NCBI GenBank assembly: GCA_001689405.1 | Contig: LUJO01000049.1 | Coordinates: 11,864-75,863 of the forward strand | DNA from: Candidatus Homeothermus arabinoxylanisolvens | GTDB taxonomy: Bacteria > Bacteroidota > Bacteroidia > Bacteroidales > Muribaculaceae | Length of the DNA: 64,000 nucleotides | Direction: 5' to 3' | Part shown: one piece after another, positions 27,213 through 34,903 of the stretch | Layout of the letters: every line of letters starts with the position of its first letter | Position numbering within the stretch: the stretch's first letter is position 1 | Made by a program: the position numbers and the translations under genes | The notes under the pieces: generated by a model | Told to the model about the DNA's origin: nothing | The model's database searches: none | What the model saw: only the letters and a program-made list of their open reading frames with translations

Positions 27213-28877
27213 ATGAGAAAATTAATATATGTGTTGACGGCCATCGTTGTACTGGGTATTGTTTCATGCTCGAAGTCAATGTCACGATACGATGAAGAGA
27301 TTGCCCGGGCCGAACAGTTGATGCGCACTGATACCGACAGCGCACTATCTGTCTTGGATGCCATAGACCCTTCTGAACTGGAAATCGATTCCTTGCGGGC
27401 TAAATACCATTTTCTGAAAGGGTACGGACACTTGAAGCGCAACCGTTCCATGATTGGCGATTCGCTTATAAGTTACGCCCACGAGTATTATCGGGGGAAA
27501 GACGTTGTGAGAGACATCAGGAGCGGTATGGTCTTTGCTTGGTATAAGTTCTGGGTCGGCGATACTCCCGGAGCCTTGGCTATGCTTGACTCCCTTGCCG
27601 AATTGCCTGACGTGCCCGACTCGTTGATGGTGCAGGTACTCAGGGTCCGCGTATTGCTCGGAGCTTCCGAATATCAGGGTAAAGAGCTTATACCGTACGC
27701 GAAAAAGTTTCATGAGCTGGAGACCGATTCTATGAAAAAGACAGAGGCGCGGTACATGCTTCTGTCGGCCTATGAATATGCCGGCGAGACAGACTCCGCA
27801 CTTTATCTCGTGGATGAGCTGATAGACTATGCCCGCGACAACAGGTGGGGCGACAAGCAATTTCTGTTTGAACTTGAACGGGCACAGTTGTTGACGGAAA
27901 ACGGCAGAAGCGGCGAAAGCGATGAACTGATCGGGGAGATATTCGGTAAAGCAGGGCCCGACAACGGGGCGGCTGACCTGCTGTATTTCCAGTATGCCAT
28001 AAACGCACTTAATTCCGGCGATGTCGGTAGGGCCGCTCGGAATCTTGCATTGGCCGACAGTGTCGCTGGCCGATTGAGAAAAGACGATGACGCCTATTAT
28101 CGCAGTTACAGCAATCTGCTACATGCAATTATCGACTTCAAGCAGACGGGGCGTATAAAGCTGATGCACATTAACGGCCTTAACAACCGCCAGAATGAAC
28201 GCTTCAATCGTGTGAAAGCCTCGCAGTGGGAGTCGGAACGCGGCGCGTTGCGTCAGCAGAACCGTGCTTTGGCATTGAAAGCCGAGAGTGAACACAAGAC
28301 TGTGATTATCCTGATAATAAGTCTCGTTACGCTGATTGTCATGGTCGACGCTTTATGGATTATAAGAATACGACGTTTGCGCGAGCGTGAGAATGAGGAG
28401 CGTATCGAAGCGCTGCAGAAGATGGTCGACGAGTATAAGGCCGCACCCGCTGTGCCGGATTCCAAAATCAAGGGTTCGGCGGCACTGCGCAGCGCCATGC
28501 TGAAGCAACTGGGCATTATCAAGATGGTGGCGGAGACCCCGACAGAACAGAACCGGGAAATGCTGCGTAAAATTTCCTCCATCGACGGAGAAATAAACGG
28601 TGAACTTGTCGACTGGTCAAACGTCTTTGATATGATTGACAACCTTTATTCCGGATTCTATGCAACCCTGCACCGCAAGTATGGCGACGTTCTCAGCCTG
28701 AAAGAAGAGCAGATAATAGTGCTTATGGTGCCCGGATTTTCGACAAAGGAAATTAGTGTGATAACAGGTCAGACCACCTCCACTGTCTATGTCAGAAAAT
28801 CATCGATAAGGAAGAAGCTCGGAGTGCCCGAGAAGGAAGATATTGTCCGGTTTCTGCTAAGCCGGCCCCGGAGTTAA
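27213..28877 (+). CDS. Lipoprotein/TPR-like sensor - TM helix - LuxR-type HTH one-component regulator
   Basis: 554 aa with lipobox LGIVSC, a ~340-aa helical repeat region and a single TM helix (VIILIISLVTLIVMVDALWII). A charged coil follows, then a C-terminal LuxR/GerE HTH (LKEEQIIVLMVPGFSTKEISVITGQTTSTVYVRKSSIRKKLGV). Confidence 0.75.
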   Translation: MRKLIYVLTAIVVLGIVSCSKSMSRYDEEIARAEQLMRTDTDSALSVLDAIDPSELEIDSLRAKYHFLKGYGHLKRNRSMIGDSLISYAHEYYRGKDVVRDIRSGMVFAWYKFWVGDTPGALAMLDSLAELPDVPDSLMVQVLRVRVLLGASEYQGKELIPYAKKFHELETDSMKKTEARYMLLSAYEYAGETDSALYLVDELIDYARDNRWGDKQFLFELERAQLLTENGRSGESDELIGEIFGKAGPDNGAADLLYFQYAINALNSGDVGRAARNLALADSVAGRLRKDDDAYYRSYSNLLHAIIDFKQTGRIKLMHINGLNNRQNERFNRVKASQWESERGALRQQNRALALKAESEHKTVIILIISLVTLIVMVDALWIIRIRRLRERENEERIEALQKMVDEYKAAPAVPDSKIKGSAALRSAMLKQLGIIKMVAETPTEQNREMLRKISSIDGEINGELVDWSNVFDMIDNLYSGFYATLHRKYGDVLSLKEEQIIVLMVPGFSTKEISVITGQTTSTVYVRKSSIRKKLGVPEKEDIVRFLLSRPRS

Positions 28878-28965
28878 GAACCCATTAAGACCGCGCGGGG
28901 CGGTGTTAAGACTTTTAAGAGATGCAACCACTGATATTCAGTTGGTTGCATCTCGCGTATTAAGA
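28874..28965 (+). promoter_or_regulatory. Array of five TTAAGA direct repeats (candidate operator) between the regulator and the lipoprotein/OM-barrel genes
   Basis: TTAAGA at 28874, 28885, 28906, 28915 and 28960, all in the same orientation. Three share the longer TTAAGAC core and two share TTAAGACTTTT. Confidence 0.4.
28920..28953 (+). terminator. Strong hairpin downstream of the LuxR-type gene
   Basis: 11-bp perfect stem AGATGCAACCA / TGGTTGCATCT with a 12-nt loop and no clear T tract. Confidence 0.4.
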
Positions 28966-29070
28966 CTTTTGTATTTGGAGTTAAAATCGCTTTGGACGTA
29001 ATTTCGCATCTGTAATCGTTGCATGACGCTTCGTTTGAATACAAATAAAACTATTAAAACCAGATGTGAA

Positions 29071-29487
29071 ATGAAAACAAAAATCACTTTCTGCACCATC
29101 GTTTTTCTGATGGTTACTTTTCTCCTTGCTTCATGCTCCATGGGCAAAGGAGACCGCCGAGACCGAAATCTTGAACAGGCAGTGCTGGCACGTCTTGATT
29201 CAATCCCTTATGTAGAATACGTGGGTATGTCGGATGTTAAGGCTCTTGAGGACAACAGACTCCAAGCCGTAATCATATATTATGTGACGGATTCAGCCGG
29301 TAACCGTATAGAACACAATGCCCGTGTCACGGCCAATGACGACTGCTCCGAGGTTTTTGCATGGGAAGATCTTGATTCCAACGTACTTGGAGAGACCAAG
29401 CGGATGATAAGTGACAAACTGGAAGAAAAAGGCATCGATATGGACGACAGTCTCATAGACGCCCTGCTCGAACTAAAGAAACGATAA
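29071..29487 (+). CDS. Small lipoprotein of unknown function
   Basis: The ATG at 29071 inside ORF 29023..29487 gives 138 aa with lipobox FLLASC. It ends 12 nt before the OM-barrel gene. Confidence 0.55.
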   Translation: MKTKITFCTIVFLMVTFLLASCSMGKGDRRDRNLEQAVLARLDSIPYVEYVGMSDVKALEDNRLQAVIIYYVTDSAGNRIEHNARVTANDDCSEVFAWEDLDSNVLGETKRMISDKLEEKGIDMDDSLIDALLELKKR

Positions 29488-29499
29488 AATACGCGCTAT

Positions 29500-31809
29500 A
29501 TGAGAAAGTCATTGATGCTTCTGTTTGTCATTGCCGCAGTGGCTTCGGCTTTTGGCCGGGAGATAAGAGGGAAAGTAGTAGGAGAGAACGCATCTCCGCT
29601 TGATTATGTAAACGTAGTGCTGTATAGCGACTCTACCTATGTGACCGGTACGGTAACTGATAGTGACGGCGATTTTTCAATAAGCACCGACGCCGATGTC
29701 AATCTTACCGTGCGGGTATCGTTTGTCGGTTATGAGACAATCTACATGCCTGTCACGCCGTCAGGCAATCTCGGTGTAGTCCGGCTTGCTCCATCCGCAG
29801 TGAAACTCGGAGAGGTAACGGTCAAAGCCACTCGTCAGTCTACTACAATGAAGGGCAATGCTCTTGTGACCGACATCGAGGGCAGTCCGCTCGCGATAGC
29901 CGGAACGGCCAGCGATGTGCTGGCGCGTATACCGATGGTTGTTGACAACGGTGGCACACTGGAGGTTTTCGGGAAAGGCGCTCCTGAAATCTACATCAAC
30001 GGACGCAAGGTCAATGACCTTCAGGAACTCGCTCAGCTTAATTCGCTGGATATGAAGACCGTGTCGGTGATAACCAATCCCGGTGCGGCTTATGCGGCAA
30101 ATGTAAAGTCCGTTATCCTTATACGCACAAAGCCCCCGAAAGGCGACGGTATCAGCGGTACAATCCGTACCGACAACGGCTTTCAGCATTATTTCCGTAC
30201 AGGAAACTCCATTGATCTGAAGTACCGCACCCGTGGACTCGAACTGTTCGCCAACTATGGATGGTGGTACGGCGATAACCGCGATGACCGCTCCAACGAA
30301 ATGTCAACGACAACATCTAAGGGTACATACAATCAGGCCTTCCGTACTGTCGGCAGGCAGTCATACAATGACATGACAGGGAAAATCGGTTTCTCATACA
30401 TGTTCAATGACCGACACAGTATCGGCGCCTATTATCAGAACAGCTGCAACCGTCACCACCTCATAGGCTTCATACCGAGCGAAGTATGGCAAAACGGCAA
30501 TCTGCTTGACCGATATAATTCTGACGTAAACAATAAGTCCACGGCTTTGCCGCGGCATAATGCCAACCTGTATTACAGCGGGTCGGCGGGTAAATTCTCC
30601 ATTGATTTCAATGCCGATTACCTGTGGTATAAAAACAGGGAGCTTTCGTTGAGTGACGAATCCAGTGAGGCGGGAGAAGGCCGCACGGTCAACACCATGT
30701 CGACCGTCCGCAACCGTATGTTTGCCGAAAAACTTGTGGTAAGCCATCCTCTGTGGAGTGGAATGATACAGGTAGGAGAGGAATATAGCGATACACGTAC
30801 CACCAACACCTTTACAGCCGATATTACCGAAGTCCCCGATGCCGACAACAGGGTCGACGAAAGTAATATGGCCGCTTTCCTGCATATAGCGCAGCAGTTA
30901 GGCCGCTTCAATATCGGTGTGGGCCTGCGCTACGAGCATGTGAAATTCGATTATTACGATATGGGGCGGTTGCGCGACGGTCAGAGCAAGACGTATGACA
31001 ACATCTTCCCATCGCTGGATGTAGCCGTAAATGTAGGGGCGGTGCGCATGGCCCTGAACTATTCCGGCAAGACGGTGCGGCCCGGTTACGGTCAACTCGA
31101 CGGCGCCGTCAGCTACATAAACCGCCTTACTTTCGAGACAGGAAATCCGTATCTCAGACCTACAAAAATGCAGACGGTGGAATACATGGCTCAGTGGCGC
31201 CGGTTTTTCGCTCAGTTGTCGTATACTTACGTCAAGGATGGTGTGTACCACGTCACAGAACCCTATGGCGCTGACGGCGAGGCCACCATCATCAGAACGG
31301 CAAATCTCGATCACCGCCATTATTTTCAGGCATTCGCCGGCGGGCAGTTCAATGTCGGTGTATGGCAACCGCGCGTCAATGTAGGAGTGATGAAGCAGTG
31401 GCTCACACTTCCGGTCCACGGCGAGCCGATGAGTATGAATACTCCCGGATTCCTCTTTCAGTGGCAGAATGTCGTTCATCTTCCTTTCGATATCTGGTTG
31501 AATGTGGATGCGCAGCTGATGACCCCGTCGTGGGACAACAACATGAAACTTTCCAATACGCCATGGTATGTAAATGCCAAACTGTACAAAGGTTTCTTAA
31601 AAAATGCGTTCAGCGTCACGCTCGATGTCAAGGACCTGTTCAATTCCTCACAAAAAGATGCTGTTATGTATAATGACGCAGTGCGGATAGTTCAGAAAAA
31701 TTTCTCTTCCGGCCGCTCTGTGATGCTCACCTTGCAGTACCGCTTCAACACGACCCGCGACCGCTACCGTGGCGCCGGCGCCGGCAACTCCGAAAAGTCA
31801 AGGTTCTGA
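29500..31809 (+). CDS. Outer-membrane beta-barrel / TonB-dependent-receptor-like protein with an N-terminal carboxypeptidase-regulatory-like domain
   Basis: 769 aa with a signal peptide, a CarboxypepD_reg-like segment (IRGKVVGENASPLDYVNVVLY...GTVTDSDGDFSI) and a plug-like region. A long barrel ends in ...SEKSRF. Confidence 0.8.
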   Translation: MRKSLMLLFVIAAVASAFGREIRGKVVGENASPLDYVNVVLYSDSTYVTGTVTDSDGDFSISTDADVNLTVRVSFVGYETIYMPVTPSGNLGVVRLAPSAVKLGEVTVKATRQSTTMKGNALVTDIEGSPLAIAGTASDVLARIPMVVDNGGTLEVFGKGAPEIYINGRKVNDLQELAQLNSLDMKTVSVITNPGAAYAANVKSVILIRTKPPKGDGISGTIRTDNGFQHYFRTGNSIDLKYRTRGLELFANYGWWYGDNRDDRSNEMSTTTSKGTYNQAFRTVGRQSYNDMTGKIGFSYMFNDRHSIGAYYQNSCNRHHLIGFIPSEVWQNGNLLDRYNSDVNNKSTALPRHNANLYYSGSAGKFSIDFNADYLWYKNRELSLSDESSEAGEGRTVNTMSTVRNRMFAEKLVVSHPLWSGMIQVGEEYSDTRTTNTFTADITEVPDADNRVDESNMAAFLHIAQQLGRFNIGVGLRYEHVKFDYYDMGRLRDGQSKTYDNIFPSLDVAVNVGAVRMALNYSGKTVRPGYGQLDGAVSYINRLTFETGNPYLRPTKMQTVEYMAQWRRFFAQLSYTYVKDGVYHVTEPYGADGEATIIRTANLDHRHYFQAFAGGQFNVGVWQPRVNVGVMKQWLTLPVHGEPMSMNTPGFLFQWQNVVHLPFDIWLNVDAQLMTPSWDNNMKLSNTPWYVNAKLYKGFLKNAFSVTLDVKDLFNSSQKDAVMYNDAVRIVQKNFSSGRSVMLTLQYRFNTTRDRYRGAGAGNSEKSRF

Positions 31810-31860
31810 CGCTCTCTAATCGTAAAATGTTAACAATCAGAGAATACGGTGCCAATGTCA

Positions 31861-31960
31861 GTAGGGACGCCAGTACCACGGCGTCCGGTCGTGACCCGCA
31901 TGGCATCTTGTATGCCCATCCGGATATGCGGGCGCCGTACTACTGGCGCCCCTACCAATC
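31861..31960. repeat. Pair of inverted REP-like units (BIME-like long hairpin)
   Basis: The left unit is GTAG GGACGCC agtaccac GGCGTCC (31861-31886). The right unit reads GTAG GGGCGCC agtagtac GGCGCCC on the - strand (31930-31955). The spacer carries a further inverted repeat, CCCGCAT...ATGCGGG. Confidence 0.8.
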
Positions 31961-31996
31961 TATTGTATGTCCACGGGCTATTGTATGTCCACGGGG
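31961..31996 (+). repeat. 18-bp tandem direct repeat, two copies
   Basis: TATTGTATGTCCACGGGC followed by TATTGTATGTCCACGGGG. Confidence 0.8.
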
Positions 31997-32018
31997 ATGG
32001 GGGGACACTGTATAAACA

Positions 32019-32050
32019 GCAAGAGCATCGAAATCATTCGATGCTCTTGC
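32019..32050 (-). terminator. Terminator hairpin downstream of the - strand tRNA
   Basis: 13-bp perfect stem GCAAGAGCATCGA / TCGATGCTCTTGC with a 6-nt loop. On the - strand it is followed by TGTTTATA. Confidence 0.6.
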
Positions 32051-32060
32051 TAAAGGCGAG

Positions 32061-32133
32061 TAGCGAATCTGGGAATCGAACCCAGGTCTCCACCGTGAGA
32101 GGGTGGCGTGCTAGGCCACTACACTAAATCGCC
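32061..32133 (-). tRNA. tRNA with anticodon CTC (Glu), no encoded CCA
   Basis: Hand-folded: D arm GTGT/GCAC, anticodon arm CCACC-CTCTCAC-GGTGG, 4-nt variable loop and T arm CTGGG-TTCGATT-CCCAG. The acceptor stem has one T-T mismatch and a G-T pair. Confidence 0.6.
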
Positions 32134-32280
32134 ATGTCAATGCTGTTGTTGTCACTTTTGACACTGCAAAGGTAGACATATTTTTTTATTCCGCAAAAAA
32201 TATTGCGAGAAAAATCAAAATAAAAAATGCGACTCCAATAATGTAGAGCCGCATTTCTATTTTGTTAATGCATGAGGCGG

Positions 32281-33525
32281 TTATTCCGCTTTTGTCATGC
32301 TTATGCCTAATTCTATTGTAGAAGTGCCATTTACAACGGCAGGTATGCTTTTAAATACTCCTGAAGCCATTGCACCGAACATTCCCAAGTCGGTACCTTC
32401 AAGCATTTTGGCTACGAGTTCGTCAACAAACGCCTCGTCTTCAAACACCGGTGCGGCTACTTTGAGCAACGGAAGAAGGAAGTTGGTGTCGACATACATA
32501 TTTGTCATGCTTTTGTCGTCTGATTCCTTGAAGTATACGGGAATACCGTTTGACAACATGGGAAGGTACTGGTTCATAGCCAGCCCTATGAGCTGCTCCA
32601 TGTCTATGCGTTTGAGCAATTCTGCTATGAGCGCGTTGTCATCGTCATCATCGTCGGCCTTTGATTTATTGGCGTCGGCGGCGATAGCTGCCGGGTTAAG
32701 GAACAGCAACATTGAATTGTCGCCGGTCACTACATACTGTGCTATGCCTACGGGTGAGGTAGCGGGCGCCATGGTCTCTTCGTCAAGATAGTCGGCTATG
32801 ACATTGCCGTCCTCGGTAAATTTGACTTTTTGCAGGAACAATTGAAGTGCCTTGTTGAGGTCGATTACATTGTCAGGATCTTCAGGAGTAGGCATAGGTA
32901 TAAGGCCCATAGAGCATACCATGGTCACAAACATCTGCGGGGGGAAGCCGGGGTCAAAAGTCGCATCCGATACCCAGTTGACATATACAGATCCTTCAAC
33001 CATGCCCATATCATTAGGCCGCTCGGCTGCCGGAACCCATGTCGTGCCTGCGAGTGTGGTGTTTTTGAGTTTGATGTCGGAAAGCTCAAATTTCAACGAT
33101 GTTTCAGTCACTACACCGCTGTATGCATATGTGCAATATAGCGTTTCGCCGTTGCCGCTGAATTTTGACTCGGTAGCGCCCGGCACGAGAGTTATGTTGA
33201 TCTCGGTCTTGGGTGAGCCGGGAAGCACGCCCGCGGTGGGGAAGCCGACTACTTCATCGGCACGGCCAAGCATTGACGTTATGTCAAGCGGCGCGCCTTC
33301 AAGCGTGAGAACGGCCTTGGTCCTGTCTTTGGCATCGGGGGTAAATGTTACAGATTTGCCTATAAGAGGCGTGCCGTTGGAGGAAAGAGTCAGTCCTTCG
33401 GCATCGGTAAATTTCGTAGGTTGGTCGGGAGCAGGAATTGCCGCCTCGTTGTCATCGCTGCTACAAGCTGTAAACAGAGCGGAGGCGCACACTACAGCCA
33501 TAAGGTAGAAAAGATTTTTTTTCAT
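32281..33525 (-). CDS. Surface-type lipoprotein of unknown function (DUF4925-like is a guess only)
   Basis: 414 aa with a lipobox followed by an acidic export-type signal (FTACSSDDNEAA). It contains an internal poly-Asp run (KADDDDDDNA). Confidence 0.65.
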   Translation of the reverse strand: MKKNLFYLMAVVCASALFTACSSDDNEAAIPAPDQPTKFTDAEGLTLSSNGTPLIGKSVTFTPDAKDRTKAVLTLEGAPLDITSMLGRADEVVGFPTAGVLPGSPKTEINITLVPGATESKFSGNGETLYCTYAYSGVVTETSLKFELSDIKLKNTTLAGTTWVPAAERPNDMGMVEGSVYVNWVSDATFDPGFPPQMFVTMVCSMGLIPMPTPEDPDNVIDLNKALQLFLQKVKFTEDGNVIADYLDEETMAPATSPVGIAQYVVTGDNSMLLFLNPAAIAADANKSKADDDDDDNALIAELLKRIDMEQLIGLAMNQYLPMLSNGIPVYFKESDDKSMTNMYVDTNFLLPLLKVAAPVFEDEAFVDELVAKMLEGTDLGMFGAMASGVFKSIPAVVNGTSTIELGISMTKAE

Positions 33526-33679
33526 ACTTTTTCCGTAATATAATTTTGGTTTATGATTAGTTTCGGTAGTAATTTTTCACTATCTCGATATATTTAAAAT
33601 ATATGAGTCTGAAAACCGTGCAAAGTTAAACAAAATTTGGTAAAATGAGTAATAAAATTGTAAATTGTGGAAAATAACG

Positions 33680-33687
33680 TAACTTTG
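33680..33687 (+). promoter_or_regulatory. Candidate -7 promoter box
   Basis: TAACTTTG matches TAnnTTTG, 51 nt upstream of the ATG at 33738. Confidence 0.45.
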
Positions 33688-33737
33688 TATCCGTTATTTT
33701 AGCATATATAGTAGAAAATAATTCATACGTCGATAAA

Positions 33738-34883
33738 ATGAAATTAATCAAGTGGATGTCATGTGTGCTCTTGGCCCTGTCGGCAAGTGCGTGCATCCAG
33801 AGCGAGCCGCTGAATGCCGAGTGCGATATTGTGAAGGCTTCTTTGCCCGGCGACATACTGAACCGCGAGCCGGAAATTGGAAATGACAAAGTTGTTTTTA
33901 TAGTCAAAAATCATACTTCGGTCAGCGCTCTCGCTCCGGTTTTTGAGCTTACTCCCGGGGCCACTATTGAGCCTGAAAGCGGCACGGTGCGTAATTTTAC
34001 CTCTCCGCAGAAGTATACCGTCACGTCCGAGGACGGTAAATGGCATAAGACCTATAGCGTCGAGGTCGAGGTAAACAATACGATAAACCTCAGCTACGAC
34101 TTCGAGCATGTCAAGCAGCAGGTGACTTCACGATACACATATGATATATTCTATGAGGTGGGGCCCGCCGGTAACGAGGTGCTTACATGGGCAAGCGGAA
34201 ATCCCGGCTATGCTTTGACGGGCAGTCCCGACTTGAAGGACAATCCTTCGGCCTTTCCCACTTATCAGATGGATAATGGACGTTCGGGCAAATGTCTCGC
34301 TCTCACCACGCGCAGCACTGGTGAATTCGGCGAGATGGTCAAGAAGCCTATGGCCGCCGGAAGCCTCTTCATCGGTAAGTTTGACATACTCAACGCCATG
34401 CAGGATGCCCTTAAATCGACTAAGTTCGGCACACCGTTTGTCAACATACCGCGTGCTCTTAAAGGGTACTACAAATATGCACCGGGCGAGACTTTTTTTG
34501 AAGCTGACAGCAAGGGCAATCTTGTCGAGGTACCCGGTAGGGTTGACAAGTTCAATATATATGCCGTATTCTTCGAGGCGGTCAAAGGCATGGAGATGCT
34601 CGACGGATATAATGTCTTGTCTGCCGACAATGCCAACATTGTGGCAGTGGCCGAGATAAACGATGCCGACAGAGTGGCTGCCGACAAGTGGACCTCGTTC
34701 AATATACCGTTTGTATATCGCGATGGCAAAGAGATTGACCCGCAGAAGCTTATCGACGGCAAATACAGTATAACCGTCGTATTTTCCTCAAGTATCGACG
34801 GCGATTACTTCTCGGGAGCTCCGGGCAGCACGCTGTTGATCGACGAGGTGTCGCTTGTGTGTCTTAATCAGGATGAATTATAA
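33738..34883 (+). CDS. Lipoprotein, PCMD-domain-like (putative carbohydrate-metabolism domain) protein
   Basis: 381 aa with lipobox LSASAC. The C-terminal region (YKYAPGE..., FNIYAVFFEA, FSSSIDGDYFSGAPGSTLLIDEVSL) resembles PCMD-domain proteins as I recall them. Confidence 0.55.
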   Translation: MKLIKWMSCVLLALSASACIQSEPLNAECDIVKASLPGDILNREPEIGNDKVVFIVKNHTSVSALAPVFELTPGATIEPESGTVRNFTSPQKYTVTSEDGKWHKTYSVEVEVNNTINLSYDFEHVKQQVTSRYTYDIFYEVGPAGNEVLTWASGNPGYALTGSPDLKDNPSAFPTYQMDNGRSGKCLALTTRSTGEFGEMVKKPMAAGSLFIGKFDILNAMQDALKSTKFGTPFVNIPRALKGYYKYAPGETFFEADSKGNLVEVPGRVDKFNIYAVFFEAVKGMEMLDGYNVLSADNANIVAVAEINDADRVAADKWTSFNIPFVYRDGKEIDPQKLIDGKYSITVVFSSSIDGDYFSGAPGSTLLIDEVSLVCLNQDEL

Positions 34884-34903
34884 TTAATATACAACAGACA
34901 GTC

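Noticed and set aside
31961-31996. Possible CRISPR-like repeat
   Set aside because: There are only two directly abutting 18-bp copies with no spacers and no cas genes. No CRISPR array is present anywhere in the window.
31827-32127. 62-aa and 92-aa ORFs between the OM-barrel gene and the tRNA
   Set aside because: They are made up of the REP-like hairpins, the tandem repeat, the terminator and the antisense of a tRNA gene.
33180-33210. Poly-Asp run (KADDDDDDNA) in the 414-aa lipoprotein as a slippage-prone repeat
   Set aside because: The codons are mixed GAT/GAC-type triplets in a short run with no sign of frame disruption. It is probably just a low-complexity linker.
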